A stretch of DNA of 64,000 bases from an uncultured Verrucomicrobiae bacterium (GCA_963764165.1 CAVXRD010000002.1:160001-224000), one strand, 5' to 3'. Positions 30,403 through 41,201 are shown, counted from the first letter of the stretch. Notes: a model not told the origin generated them from the letters alone. Made by a program: numbers and translations.

Positions 30403-30417
30403 CAGATCGTTGAGAGA

Positions 30418-30444
30418 GTATCGGCAGGTTTTGGAAATACTTTA
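30418..30444 (-). promoter_or_regulatory. Sigma-28 (FliA) promoter
   Basis: Minus strand TAAA-N15-GCCGATAC upstream of the lipoprotein gene. Confidence 0.75.
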
Positions 30445-30808
30445 GCCTAAGTGTCCAAATATTCGACAGCAGTCGAAGGTCAACCGCCCACCATCGCGGA
30501 GCGCCGTTGAACGACATGTTCGCAGAGACGATTAAAAAGACTTTCATGCTCTATTAGGACCAGAACAGGTGAGGAAGGTTCCTCGGCGATTCCGGTGAAA
30601 TAGCAGTGCCAAATTTAATTGATTTCGGCGAGGAAACTCCGCGTTCTCTGCGCCTCTCTGCGCGCGATTGCGTTTAATGCCACGATGGAACCGACGAGAT
30701 CAGATGGAAAAGAATATTCGCGCAGAGAAGATGAGTGCGCGAGGAACTCAAACGACAGGACTTTTCCACGCACTTTCGATTTCCGCGCGCCTTCCGCCAG
30801 ATTCTCCC

Positions 30809-31723
30809 TCAACGCCTCAAGTCCCGCAAATAAACGAGGCTTTGCGGTATTTGCTCTTCAGAAGTCGGCGATTCGTCTTCGATGAAATACCACTCAATTC
30901 CAACCTGATGGGCGGTGATCAGGATGTTTTTCAAGTCGATCTTGCCAGTGCCGAGCGCGACGTCATTTTTCACATCCGTGCCACCCGTCAAGAGGCCGGT
31001 TGGCGTCTCCTTGCGCATGTCCTTTAAGTGCATTAGCTCCCAGCGGAATGGATATTTCCACATCAAACTCACCGGATCCTGGCCGGCGTGGACGATCCAG
31101 AAAATATCCATCTCGAAACCAACATCCGCAGGTTTGGTGGCCCCCACTAGAAGATCGAAAAGCGTGCCATCTTTGTAGGGTTGGAATTCGTATCCATGCG
31201 TATGATAGAAAAAATGCATGTGGTGTTCCGAAGCCAATTTGCCCGCGCGATTGAAAACCGATATGGCCTCGCGGCAGGTGCTTTCATCGAAATTTCCCGA
31301 ATGCGGAATCCACGCGCAACCGACGTAAACCAACCCCAGCTCATGCGCTTCGCGAATGACGTCCTCGGGATGGTCGCGCCAGGCGTCGTAGGAAAAGTGT
31401 CCGCTGACGGCTTCGATATCGTGGGCCGCAAGTTTCGCGCGAAAATCGCCGGGTGAAAGCCCGTAAGTTCCGGCCAGTTCGACGTATTTGATGCCCCAAG
31501 CATGGACTTCCGCCAGCGTGCCATCGACGTCTTTAGCCATTTGGTTGCGGACGCTGTAAAGCTGGAGGCCGGCCACCGTCTTGAAGACGCGCGGATGGAA
31601 AATCGCGCAACCGGCCAGCAAGGCCGCGCCAGCCAGAACCGCAGCCGTGACCAACAAAAACCTTCGCGAATACGCGCCCAAATGCGTCGGAGCTTTCATG
31701 GCGGGATAATGTTCCCGGGACAC
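30809..31723 (-). CDS. Sugar phosphate isomerase/epimerase, Tat lipoprotein
   Basis: SRRFLL...LLAGC leader; [26 protein letters not shown]. Confidence 0.87.
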   Translation of the reverse strand: MSREHYPAMKAPTHLGAYSRRFLLVTAAVLAGAALLAGCAIFHPRVFKTVAGLQLYSVRNQMAKDVDGTLAEVHAWGIKYVELAGTYGLSPGDFRAKLAAHDIEAVSGHFSYDAWRDHPEDVIREAHELGLVYVGCAWIPHSGNFDESTCREAISVFNRAGKLASEHHMHFFYHTHGYEFQPYKDGTLFDLLVGATKPADVGFEMDIFWIVHAGQDPVSLMWKYPFRWELMHLKDMRKETPTGLLTGGTDVKNDVALGTGKIDLKNILITAHQVGIEWYFIEDESPTSEEQIPQSLVYLRDLRR

Positions 31724-31847
31724 GCCGGGCGCAAATCAAAAAAACTTGGGCCATTCTCCGCAAAAACGCCGCATTGACTATTGACGGGCTGAAGGACAGG
31801 CCCGCGTCGTCTTAAACCGGCTTCATGGCCTGATAAACGAAACTTGT

Positions 31848-34211
31848 ATGAAACACATTATGATCGAATGGCGCAAAGTGACTGCCTTGGCGGCTCTGTT
31901 GATTTGCTTTGGCATCTGTTCAGCCCGGGCACAGGCGGATTACGACCAAGCTATTTACAGCGGCCAACTGACAAATGGCTGGGAAAGTTGGAGCTGGTGC
32001 TATTTTGATTTCGGCAACACTCAGGTTCCAGCCCCGTCCGGGAATGAATCAATCTATGTCGGTTTTGGCGCCTACTCCGGCCTTTGGTTCGAGCACGGCC
32101 CTTTCGACCCCACTCTATACACCAATATAAGCTTTTGGATCAACGGCGGCGCCGGCGGACAGCAGCTAACGCTCGAAGCCTCTTTCACGGTGGGCTTGGC
32201 TAACGGGGTGCTCGATACCAATGACGTCATCGCTATCGGGCCCCTGGCGACCAATGTCTGGGAGCAATACAGCTTCCCGCTTTCCATGCTTGCCGCCGCG
32301 ACGAACGCGAATCTCGACGGCTTTATCCTGATCAACGGCACAGGTGGCGATCTCCCCGCCATGTACGTGGCCGATGTCAAGCTGATCGCCGGCCTGCCGC
32401 CCGCGCCAACAACCAATGTTTTGGTCATTGATGCCGCCGCCAATGCGCACCCGATCAGCAGCTTGATCTACGGCGTCGCCGAAACCGATTCCAACACGTT
32501 ATCCGACCTGAATCTCACTGCCAACCGCTCGGGTGGAAATGAAGATGGCAGCACCTATAACTGGGCCGATGGCGTTCACGGCAAAGGCCAGGATTGGTAT
32601 TTCGAGGCTATTCCAGATGATTCGCCAAATCCGGGATATTCAACGGACGAATTCATCTCTAACAGCGTGGCGGGCGGGGCGCAGCCGCTGGTTTCAATTC
32701 CCATGATCGGCTGGAGTCCCAAACTCGGAACCAATCGCAGCATCATATGGAGCTATTCCATCGCAAAATATGGCCCGCAAGAATATTTCTCCCCGAACGT
32801 TGGCGAAAGCGATGCTGGCAACGGGTTCAGCACCACCAATAATTCGCCCATCACCTGGAACGATCCCAACGACGCTTACTTTCCTGTCGGCACTAATTTT
32901 CAAGCCGGCTATCTCAAACACTTGATCGGCCTGTGGGGCAAGTCGGACAAAGGCGGCGTCCCGTTCTACATCATGGACAACGAGCACAGCCTTTGGCACG
33001 CCACGCATCAGGACATCCATCCGCAGGGCGCGACCATGCAGGAAGTTCTATCCAAAATCGTCGATTACGCCAGCTTGGTAAAGAGCATGGACCCGTCGGC
33101 AAAGGTGCTCGCGCCTGAAGAATGGGGCTGGGAAGGCTATCTGTACAGCGGCTACGACCAGCAAAACCCGGGGCGCGCTGACCGCGCGGCCAACGGGGGC
33201 TGGGATTATATGCCTTGGCTCCTCAACCAGCTTTATCAGCATGACACCGCCACCGGCCAGCGACTGCTGGATTATTTCACCCTTCATTGCTACCCGCAGG
33301 GCGGCGAAGACAGCGACGACGTGACCGTCCCCACCGAACTCTTGCGCAATCGATCCACCCGGCAACTGTGGGATACAAACTATGTTGACGACAGTTGGCA
33401 GGAGGCAAACATCCAGTTGATCCCGCGCATGAAGAATTGGGTTTCAGCCAATTATCCCGGCACGAAAATCGGCGTTACCGAATACAACTGGGGCGCCGAT
33501 GATTCCATGAACGGCGCCACCACCCAAGCCGACATCCTTGGCATCTTCGGACGCGAGTCCCTTGACTTGGCCACGCGCTGGGGAACCCCGTCCAACACCA
33601 CACCGACCTACGAGGCGTTCAAAATGTATCGCAATTACGACGGCAAAAAATCGACCTTTGGGGATACCAGCGTCTCGGCCCTTCCCCAAAATCCGGACAA
33701 CGTGTCCGTCTTTGCCGCCAAACGCTCGGTGGATGGCGCGCTCACCATCATGGTTGTGTCAAAATATCTTTCTGGCACGGTGCCATTGACGATGACGATT
33801 ACGAATTTTTCGGCGACGGGAGTGGCGCAAGTCTGGCAGCTTAATTCCAACAACCCTTCCTCCATTCAACGCCTTGCCGACATTTCCTACGCGGGCCAAG
33901 CCTTGAATGCATCCGTCCCTGGCCCGAGCGTCACGCTGTATGTCATTTCGACCAACAGCCCGGCGCCGAGGATCACATCCGGCGCGCTTAGCGGAAATCG
34001 AATGGTGTTCAGCGGCCTGGATGGCCCCGCAAGAGGCGCCAATCACACACCTTATTCTTATTATGTTCTCACCTCGTCCAACCTTGCTCTGCCCCTGGCG
34101 AAATGGACGCCGATCGCGACCAACACATTTAACGCCGATGGCACCTTCAGCTTCACCAATCAAGTCAACGCCAGTTCGCAAGCGCAGTTTTTCACCATTG
34201 CCGTGCCATAA
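31848..34211 (+). CDS. Secreted glycoside hydrolase family 44 (endoglucanase/xyloglucanase) with accessory beta domains
   Basis: Signal peptide, HPISSLIYG, RSGGN, YIMDNEHSLW...H.DIHP, GVTEYNWG, QADILGIFG. Confidence 0.88.
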   Translation: MKHIMIEWRKVTALAALLICFGICSARAQADYDQAIYSGQLTNGWESWSWCYFDFGNTQVPAPSGNESIYVGFGAYSGLWFEHGPFDPTLYTNISFWINGGAGGQQLTLEASFTVGLANGVLDTNDVIAIGPLATNVWEQYSFPLSMLAAATNANLDGFILINGTGGDLPAMYVADVKLIAGLPPAPTTNVLVIDAAANAHPISSLIYGVAETDSNTLSDLNLTANRSGGNEDGSTYNWADGVHGKGQDWYFEAIPDDSPNPGYSTDEFISNSVAGGAQPLVSIPMIGWSPKLGTNRSIIWSYSIAKYGPQEYFSPNVGESDAGNGFSTTNNSPITWNDPNDAYFPVGTNFQAGYLKHLIGLWGKSDKGGVPFYIMDNEHSLWHATHQDIHPQGATMQEVLSKIVDYASLVKSMDPSAKVLAPEEWGWEGYLYSGYDQQNPGRADRAANGGWDYMPWLLNQLYQHDTATGQRLLDYFTLHCYPQGGEDSDDVTVPTELLRNRSTRQLWDTNYVDDSWQEANIQLIPRMKNWVSANYPGTKIGVTEYNWGADDSMNGATTQADILGIFGRESLDLATRWGTPSNTTPTYEAFKMYRNYDGKKSTFGDTSVSALPQNPDNVSVFAAKRSVDGALTIMVVSKYLSGTVPLTMTITNFSATGVAQVWQLNSNNPSSIQRLADISYAGQALNASVPGPSVTLYVISTNSPAPRITSGALSGNRMVFSGLDGPARGANHTPYSYYVLTSSNLALPLAKWTPIATNTFNADGTFSFTNQVNASSQAQFFTIAVP

Positions 34212-34388
34212 GCTCACCACCGCACGCGTCAATGTCTCGGCCAAATCGAAAGCGAGACAGGGCGGCATCGACGGGGGTGATTAAGCGTAACGCAAATGGT
34301 AGCAACGCCTCGCCGAGGCGTCCGGGCCGACACGTGAAATTTTCATCACGCTGGAATTGGAGAGAGCCTCACCCCGGACGCCTCGGCG

Positions 34389-36071
34389 GAGACTGTCTTA
34401 AAACGTTTTAGTCTGGCCGATCTGGTTATATGGGCACCAATAGGGGCTGTGGAAACGGGTGTCAACTTTTAGTTGTCAGAGCGTGGCTGGCGTCAGCGAT
34501 GACGCCAAGCTTCCCTTTCCCTCCTTTTTTAGGCCGCCATCGCCAAATTTCCTTCAACCGCGGCGGTTTTGACTTCCATTTTCGGCGTCTGGACCCGGGC
34601 CTGCCACTTTTTATAGAGGATTCGCAGGTTCAAGGTGGCGCATAACAAGGCCCATTGGGCTTGCACGGCTTCCAGACCCCAAACTGTCCAACGCCGAAAG
34701 CCGTCGTGTTGCTTGAGCTGCCCAAACCGGCGTTCGATGATCTCTTTGCGCTTTCCATAAAGCGCGGCGGGTCCTGGCTCTTGCAGCCGGGCCCGCATGG
34801 CTTGCACCAGCGTGGTGTGCGGCCACACTTCGACTTGCCGCCCTTTGGGATCGCGGCTGCAGAGGGCGCGCACGGGACAGTCTCGGTGATGGCAGCGGAA
34901 GCGCTCAACGGTCTGGCCTTTCTTGGTGGTCTGGCCTTCGTGGTCCAGAAGGCGCTCTTGCGGGCAGGTGACGGTGTGGGCCGCCTCGTCATAATGAAAA
35001 TGCTGCGTCGCGTAGGCGTTGTCGTGGGCTGGCTTGCCCTCCGCCGGCGGGGCCAGCACATTCATCTGCTGTTCCACGGCCGCTTTCAAGTCGGCCCCGC
35101 CCCCATAGCCGGCGTCGGCGGCGGTGAGGGTTGGAATGGCCGCCGGACCGAGGTTTTGCCTCGCTTCTTCAATCATGGGGACCAGCTGGCCGGCGTCGGT
35201 TTCCTGGCGGGTGGCTTGACAGGCGACCATGATGCCCTCCTGGCTGTCGGCCACCGCCTGGGCGTTGTAGGCAAAGCGGTTGGTGTCGCCGACTTTCATC
35301 CGGCGCGCCTCCGGTTCGGCTGGATGGTAATGGTGGCGCCCGTCGGCCTGCAGCTGGGCCAGGCCTTTTTTGATTTCCTCGCGCAGGGCCTGGCGCTGGG
35401 CCAACCCGGCGGGCAGCCGGCAGCCCGGTGCGCTGGAATCCTGGTTCTCCGCCACGACTTTGAGCTCGATTTCCTCCAAGGCGCCATCCAGCTGGGCCAG
35501 GAGCTTCTCCATGTAAACCTTGCTCCAGCCCTGCGGCCCGCTGCAGGCGGCTTGAATCTTGGTGCCGTCCAACGCTTGCAAGGCAAATCCCACCGCCCCG
35601 GTGCGGAGGGCCAGCTGCACGGTTTGCTTGAAAACCTGGCGCAGGGCCTTTTTGTTTCCGTCCCAGAACCGCCAGAGGCTGTTGTGGTCGGGGGCGTTGA
35701 GCCCCGTCAGCCACAGCAGCGAGACATGCTCCGTGCAGGCGGTTTCCAGCTTGCGGGTGGAGCGAATGCGGTGGAAATAACCGTAAAGCCAAATCTTGAG
35801 CAGGAGGCTGGGGGCATAGGGCGGACGGCCTTCGGCGGCGGCGGGAATGACAAACCCAAGCTGGGGCAGATCCAACTGGTCGACAAATTCGCGCAGGAAG
35901 CGGGCGGGATGGTCGGCGGACACCCAGTCCTCCAGGGCGGGCGGGAGGAGGAACTGCTGTCCGTAATCAGGGGCAATCGGTTGAGCCATATTTGTTGAAC
36001 GGCATTGTCAACTAAAGGCTCACATATTGTCAAATACATTCCTCAAAAAACAGAAGTTTTGAGACAATCTC
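34389..36071 (-). mobile_element. IS1182-family insertion sequence, copy 1 (1683 bp)
   Basis: Terminal IRs GAGACTGTCTTAAAAC / GTTTTGAGACAATCTC; near-identical copy at 60784-62466. Confidence 0.93.
34529..35989 (-). CDS. IS1182 family DDE transposase
   Basis: GRPPYAP..LLKIWLYGY, PDHNSLWRF, LDGTK, YNAQ, ADAGY, IERRFGQLK. Confidence 0.93.
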   Translation of the reverse strand: MAQPIAPDYGQQFLLPPALEDWVSADHPARFLREFVDQLDLPQLGFVIPAAAEGRPPYAPSLLLKIWLYGYFHRIRSTRKLETACTEHVSLLWLTGLNAPDHNSLWRFWDGNKKALRQVFKQTVQLALRTGAVGFALQALDGTKIQAACSGPQGWSKVYMEKLLAQLDGALEEIELKVVAENQDSSAPGCRLPAGLAQRQALREEIKKGLAQLQADGRHHYHPAEPEARRMKVGDTNRFAYNAQAVADSQEGIMVACQATRQETDAGQLVPMIEEARQNLGPAAIPTLTAADAGYGGGADLKAAVEQQMNVLAPPAEGKPAHDNAYATQHFHYDEAAHTVTCPQERLLDHEGQTTKKGQTVERFRCHHRDCPVRALCSRDPKGRQVEVWPHTTLVQAMRARLQEPGPAALYGKRKEIIERRFGQLKQHDGFRRWTVWGLEAVQAQWALLCATLNLRILYKKWQARVQTPKMEVKTAAVEGNLAMAA

Positions 36072-36192
36072 TGCGAGGCGTCCCTACCTGGCTTCGCGAC
36101 CAAAATCTCGCGGGCTTTCAATCGCGCTTGCCTCGCCCGGTGGTCCCCACCAATGCTTGTTTTTGGCCCTGCGTGGGCTACCCTCCTCCTTC

Positions 36193-37434
36193 GTGATCGA
36201 ATCTCTAAATCCCAGGCGCACCATCGAGGAATTGAAGGAGCTTCGCGCTTTGACGGGCGACGAAAATGGCGCCCAGCGGGTGGCTTTCACAAAGACCTGG
36301 CTCACCGCGCGCGCGTGGCTTCGCCAAAAATTGGAGGCGCTGCCAGTCGAAATTCATAATGATGCGGCGGGCAATACGTGGACAACTTTGCGGGGAAAAT
36401 CCGAACGGGCCTTGCTCATCGGCGGCCATATGGATTCTGTTCCCAACGGCGGCTGGCTCGATGGCTGCCTGAATGTGCTGGCGGGATTGGAAGTGCTGCG
36501 CCGCATCAACGCCGAATTTAACGGCCAGCCTCCCATCACCGTGCGCCTCGTCGATTGGGCGGATGAAGAAGGCGCTCGCTTCGGGAAGAGCCTTTTTGGA
36601 TCTTCCGCCTGCTCAGGCAATTTGAATTTGGATGAAGCGCGGGGGCTGAAAGACAAGGACGGCATCCGGCTGCCGGATGCGCTGAAGGAAATCGGCGTGG
36701 ATTTTGAGCGGGTGAAGGATTCCGGCGCGGAATTGAAAAATGCGGCGGCTTATTTGGAACTGCACATTGAGCAGGGGCCGGTGTTGCTGGATATGAATTT
36801 GCCGCTGGGCGCGGTGTTGGGAACATTCGGCGTTGAGCGCCACGCCATCACGTTTCACGGGCAGGCCGCCCATTCCGGCAGCACGCCGATGAACCGGCGC
36901 AAGGACGCGTTTCTCGCGGCAGGAAAAATGGCGGCGGAGATTTATCCCATCGCCGACCGGCACGGCGGCGTTTGCACCATCGGCTCATGCTCAACCAAAC
37001 CGGGAATTGTGACGAGCGTGGTCGAGGATTGCCGCATCACCCTCGACCAGCGCCATCTCGACGCCGCGAAATTGGCTGCCATGCTGATTGACGCCCGCAC
37101 GGCCGCCGCCAAATTTGCCGCCGAAGGAAATGTCACCGTTTCGTGGGAGCGTTTGTGGCAGATTGAACCGGTGCATTTTGATCCGATTCTCATTGGATTT
37201 TGTTACGACGCCATTGGTGAAGTCTGCGAAACGAGCCATCGACTTCCGTCCGGCCCGCTGCACGACGCCGCTGAAGTCGCGCGCGCGGGCGTGCCGACGG
37301 TGATGATGTTCGTTCAGAGCCTGCATGGCATCAGCCATAATAAAATTGAGGATACGCTTGAGGAGCATCTCGAACTTTGCGTGGCGGCGTTCGACAAATT
37401 GGCCAACAAAGCCATGCAGTGGATTGAGGGCTGA
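36193..37434 (+). CDS. Zn-dependent M20 amidohydrolase (allantoate amidohydrolase/N-carbamoylase family)
   Basis: GGHMDSVPNGGWLDG, DEEGARFG, ELHIEQG, AHSGSTPM, SGPLHDA; start probably GTG 36193. Confidence 0.9.
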   Translation: MIESLNPRRTIEELKELRALTGDENGAQRVAFTKTWLTARAWLRQKLEALPVEIHNDAAGNTWTTLRGKSERALLIGGHMDSVPNGGWLDGCLNVLAGLEVLRRINAEFNGQPPITVRLVDWADEEGARFGKSLFGSSACSGNLNLDEARGLKDKDGIRLPDALKEIGVDFERVKDSGAELKNAAAYLELHIEQGPVLLDMNLPLGAVLGTFGVERHAITFHGQAAHSGSTPMNRRKDAFLAAGKMAAEIYPIADRHGGVCTIGSCSTKPGIVTSVVEDCRITLDQRHLDAAKLAAMLIDARTAAAKFAAEGNVTVSWERLWQIEPVHFDPILIGFCYDAIGEVCETSHRLPSGPLHDAAEVARAGVPTVMMFVQSLHGISHNKIEDTLEEHLELCVAAFDKLANKAMQWIEG

Positions 37435-37436
37435 CG

Positions 37437-40400
37437 ATGGGAGACGCGCTCGATTTTACGCTGAATGGCCAGACGGTCCGGTTCGACAAGCGCTCCCCCA
37501 ACACCACCCTGCTGGATTTTCTCCGCGCGCGCGGCCTGACCGGCACGAAGGAAGGCTGCGCGGAAGGCGATTGCGGAGCGTGCTCGGTGGCTGTGATCGA
37601 GCGCGATGCCTCCGGCAAAACGGTGCTGCGCGCAATCAATAGCTGTCTCACGCCCGTCTGCCTGCTGGCCGGGCGCGAAGTGATTTCGGTGGAAGGTCTT
37701 GGAACAAAGGACGCGCTGCATCCGGTTCAACGCGAAATGGCGCAGCGCCACGGCTCCCAATGCGGCTACTGCACGCCGGGTTTCATTTGCTCCATGGCGG
37801 AAGGATTTTACCGGGACGATGTCAACACGGGAGACGACATCGACGATCAGCTTTCCGGCAATCTGTGCCGTTGCACCGGCTACCGTCCGATTCGCGAAGC
37901 GGCGGTGGCGGCGCTCGCGCATCAGCCGCACGCCCACCGCCATGACGCCATCGCCAATCGGTTGAAGGAAGAGTGCCGCGAATTATCCGCCGCGAATTAC
38001 GAATTCGGCGGCGAGCGTTTTTTCCGTCCCAATGCGCTGGCGGATGTTTTCAAGTTGATGCGCGAATTTCCCGAGGCGCGGTTGATCGCCGGGGCGACTG
38101 AACTCGGCGTGGATATTGCCAAGCGCTTTCGAAAATTTCCCACGCTGATTTCGCTGGAGGCGGTGGCGGAATTGCAAGGCATCGACGCGAAGGAAGATTC
38201 CTGGCGAATCGGCGCGGCTGTCAAGTTGACGGAAATTGAGGATGCGCTGGGTGAGGAATTTCCCGTGCTTGGGGCGATGCTGCGGGCGTTCGGTTCGCGC
38301 CAAATTCGCAACCGCGCGACGATGGCGGGGAATATCGTGACTGCCTCGCCCATCGGCGACAGCGCGCCTTTGCTTCTGGCGCTGGATGCGTCGCTGACCT
38401 TGGCTTCCGCGAAGGGCGAGCGCACGGTCCTCATTGCGGATTTTTTCACAGGCTATCGCAAGACAGTTTTGCAGGCGGGCGAAATTCTTAAGACGATCAT
38501 TATTCCGCGCATCGGTTTTGATTCGGCGTTATTTCGGCACTCCCGCTGGTATAAAGTTTCGCGCCGGCGCGAGATGGACATCAGCACGGTGGCGGGTTGC
38601 TTTGTAGTTGACATCGATTCTGACGATGTGGTTCGCCATGTCCGGATGGCGTTTGGCGGCGTCGCCGTTTCGCCGAAGCGCGCCCTGAAAGCGGAAGCCG
38701 CCCTGCTCGATCAACCGTGGTCGCAGGAAACCATGGCTCGCATGCTTCCTGTTCTCGGCGCGGAGTTTGAGCCGATTACCGATGTTCGCGGCACGAAGGA
38801 ATATCGTCTCGGCCTGGTGACAAGTTTGCTCGAGAAGTTTTTCACCGAGTTCAATTCCGACGAGGAAATCCCCGAGCCATCGTGGCCAAATCCTTCCCCC
38901 ATCAACGCCTCACCGCACGAAAGCGCGCACAAACACGTCACCGGCGAGGCAATCTACACCGATGACGACGCGGCCAAGCGAAACATGCTCGAAACGTGGC
39001 CCGTCTGCTCGCCGCATGCGCGGGCGAAAATTCTGCGCCGCGATGCCTCCGCCGCCCGCGCGATGCCCGGAATTGCCGCGGTGCTCCTGGCCGAGGATAT
39101 TCCGGGCGAAAACAATGTTGGCGGCGTCAAGAAAGATGAAATTCTCCTCGCCGATTCGGAAGTGATGTATCACAGCCATCTGGTCGCGCTGGTGATTGGT
39201 GAAACCGCCGAAGCCTGCCGCGCCGCCGCCGCCAAGGTCGTCGTCGAATACGAACCGCTCGAACCGGTGCTTACGCTGCGGCAGGCGATCGAAAAACAAT
39301 CGTTCCACAACGAACCGAATTTCATCCGGCGCGGCACCGTTTACAACGCGCTCGAAAAATCTCCCGTCCGCATCGAAGGCGAATTTGAGATGGGCGGGCA
39401 GGAGCATTTTTATTTGGAGATGCAAGCGGCCTGGGCCGAGCCGGGCGAGGACGGTGGCGTGTTCGTGATGTCCTCGACGCAGCATCCATCGGAAGTGCAG
39501 CACACCATCGCGCATGTGCTGCATGTCCCGGTGAGCCGCGTTGTCGTGCAATGTCCGCGCATGGGCGGCGGTTTCGGCGGAAAAGAAACCCAGGCGGCCA
39601 CACCCGCCGCGCTGGCTGCGCTGGCCGCGAGCAAAACCGGGCGCGCCGTGCGCGTGCGCCTCAATCGCGACCAGGACATGGCGATCTTCGGGCATCGGCA
39701 CCCCTTCCTGGCCAAGTTTGAAGCCGGTTGCGACGAGCAAGGAATTTTGACCGCTGCGCGAATTCACCTTTGGTCGAACGGCGGATGGGCGCTGGATTTG
39801 TCGCAAGCCGTGACGGACCGGGCTTTATTTCATCTTGACAACTCTTATTACATTCCGGCGGTGGAATTTCGCGGGCAGGTGGCGAAAACGAATCTTTCGT
39901 CCAACACCGCCTTTCGCGGATTCGGCGGCCCGCAGGGAATGCTTGTCATTGAGGAAATCATGGATCGGCTGGCGCGCCGGTTGAATTTGCCGCCGGAATT
40001 GGTGCGCGAGCGGAATTTGTATCGCGGCAACGGCGCGTCGAACACGACGCATTACGGCCAGGAACTTGAGGACAATCGCCTTCAAACAATCTGGCACGAG
40101 TTGAAAGCCAGCAGCCACTTCGCGGAACGCCGGACGGAAATCGCGCGGTGGAATGCGGCGCATCCCCATCGCAAACGCGGCCTGGCCATGACGCCGGTGA
40201 AGTTTGGCATCAGCTTCACCGTCTCGCATTTGAACCAGGCGGGCGCGCTCGTCTTGATTTACCAGGACGGCACGGTGCAAGTGAACCACGGCGGGACGGA
40301 AATGGGCCAGGGCGTCAATACGAATATGCGCGCCATCGCCGCGATTGAATTCGGCCTGCCCTTGGAGGCGGTCCGCGTCATGCCAACGCGCACCGACAAA

Positions 40401-41201
40401 GTCCCCAACACCTCCGCCTCCGCCGCCTCGGCCACCACCGATCTCAACGGCGCCGCTGTCAAGAAAGCGTGCGAGGTTTTGCGGGCCCGACTGGCTGGAG
40501 TCGCCGCGGGCATCATGGGCATCTCCGTGCAAAACGTGAATTTCGCGGACGGCAAAGTTTTTGTGGGCGACGCGCGCGAGCGGCGCGAATTCCCGTTCAG
40601 CGAAATTGTGCGGCAAGCCTATCTGTCGCGCGTCAGCCTTTCGGCCACCGGCTATTACGCGACTCCCGGGATTCATTGGGATCGCGCGGCCGGGCGCGGG
40701 CATCCCTTCTTGTATTTCGCCTGCGGCGCGGCGGCGGTCGAAGTCGAAGTCGATGGTTTTACCGGAATGTCGCGCGTCCTGCGGGCCGATATTTTGCAGG
40801 ACGTCGGCAATTCGATTAACGAAGGAATCAATCGCGGCCAGGTCGAAGGCGGATTCATCCAGGGCATGGGCTGGCTGACCAACGAAGAACTCAAATGGGA
40901 CGGCCAAGGCCGGCTGCTAACCCATTCACCCGACACCTACAAAATTCCATCGGTGGGCGACACGCCGCTCGTGTTCAATGTGACGTTTCTCAAGAACGCC
41001 GCGCAAAAGAATGTCGTCCACGGCAGCAAGGCCGTCGGCGAACCGCCGTTTATGCTCGCCATCGCGGTGCGTGAAGCGCTGCGCGACGCGGTCGCGGCCT
41101 TCGGCCGCGCTGGCGCCCAAATCCAACTCGATTCGCCTGCCACCCACGAAGCCATCTTCCACGCCATCGGCCAGCGTACTCGTTCCAAGCCCTCCGCTTG
41201 A
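37437..41201 (+). CDS. Xanthine dehydrogenase, fused XdhA (2Fe-2S, FAD) and XdhB (molybdopterin)
   Basis: CAEGDCGAC, QCGYC, NLCRCTGY, QIRNRAT, GGGFGGKE, AFRGFGGPQG, SKAVGEPP. Confidence 0.93.
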   Translation: MGDALDFTLNGQTVRFDKRSPNTTLLDFLRARGLTGTKEGCAEGDCGACSVAVIERDASGKTVLRAINSCLTPVCLLAGREVISVEGLGTKDALHPVQREMAQRHGSQCGYCTPGFICSMAEGFYRDDVNTGDDIDDQLSGNLCRCTGYRPIREAAVAALAHQPHAHRHDAIANRLKEECRELSAANYEFGGERFFRPNALADVFKLMREFPEARLIAGATELGVDIAKRFRKFPTLISLEAVAELQGIDAKEDSWRIGAAVKLTEIEDALGEEFPVLGAMLRAFGSRQIRNRATMAGNIVTASPIGDSAPLLLALDASLTLASAKGERTVLIADFFTGYRKTVLQAGEILKTIIIPRIGFDSALFRHSRWYKVSRRREMDISTVAGCFVVDIDSDDVVRHVRMAFGGVAVSPKRALKAEAALLDQPWSQETMARMLPVLGAEFEPITDVRGTKEYRLGLVTSLLEKFFTEFNSDEEIPEPSWPNPSPINASPHESAHKHVTGEAIYTDDDAAKRNMLETWPVCSPHARAKILRRDASAARAMPGIAAVLLAEDIPGENNVGGVKKDEILLADSEVMYHSHLVALVIGETAEACRAAAAKVVVEYEPLEPVLTLRQAIEKQSFHNEPNFIRRGTVYNALEKSPVRIEGEFEMGGQEHFYLEMQAAWAEPGEDGGVFVMSSTQHPSEVQHTIAHVLHVPVSRVVVQCPRMGGGFGGKETQAATPAALAALAASKTGRAVRVRLNRDQDMAIFGHRHPFLAKFEAGCDEQGILTAARIHLWSNGGWALDLSQAVTDRALFHLDNSYYIPAVEFRGQVAKTNLSSNTAFRGFGGPQGMLVIEEIMDRLARRLNLPPELVRERNLYRGNGASNTTHYGQELEDNRLQTIWHELKASSHFAERRTEIARWNAAHPHRKRGLAMTPVKFGISFTVSHLNQAGALVLIYQDGTVQVNHGGTEMGQGVNTNMRAIAAIEFGLPLEAVRVMPTRTDKVPNTSASAASATTDLNGAAVKKACEVLRARLAGVAAGIMGISVQNVNFADGKVFVGDARERREFPFSEIVRQAYLSRVSLSATGYYATPGIHWDRAAGRGHPFLYFACGAAAVEVEVDGFTGMSRVLRADILQDVGNSINEGINRGQVEGGFIQGMGWLTNEELKWDGQGRLLTHSPDTYKIPSVGDTPLVFNVTFLKNAAQKNVVHGSKAVGEPPFMLAIAVREALRDAVAAFGRAGAQIQLDSPATHEAIFHAIGQRTRSKPSA

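Larger units (their letters stand above)
34298..36088. repeat. GTAG-type REP doublet interrupted by IS1182
   Basis: Left arm 34298-34325; right arm split as CCGGACGCCTCGGCG | IS | TGCGAGGCGTCCCTACC. Confidence 0.88.
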
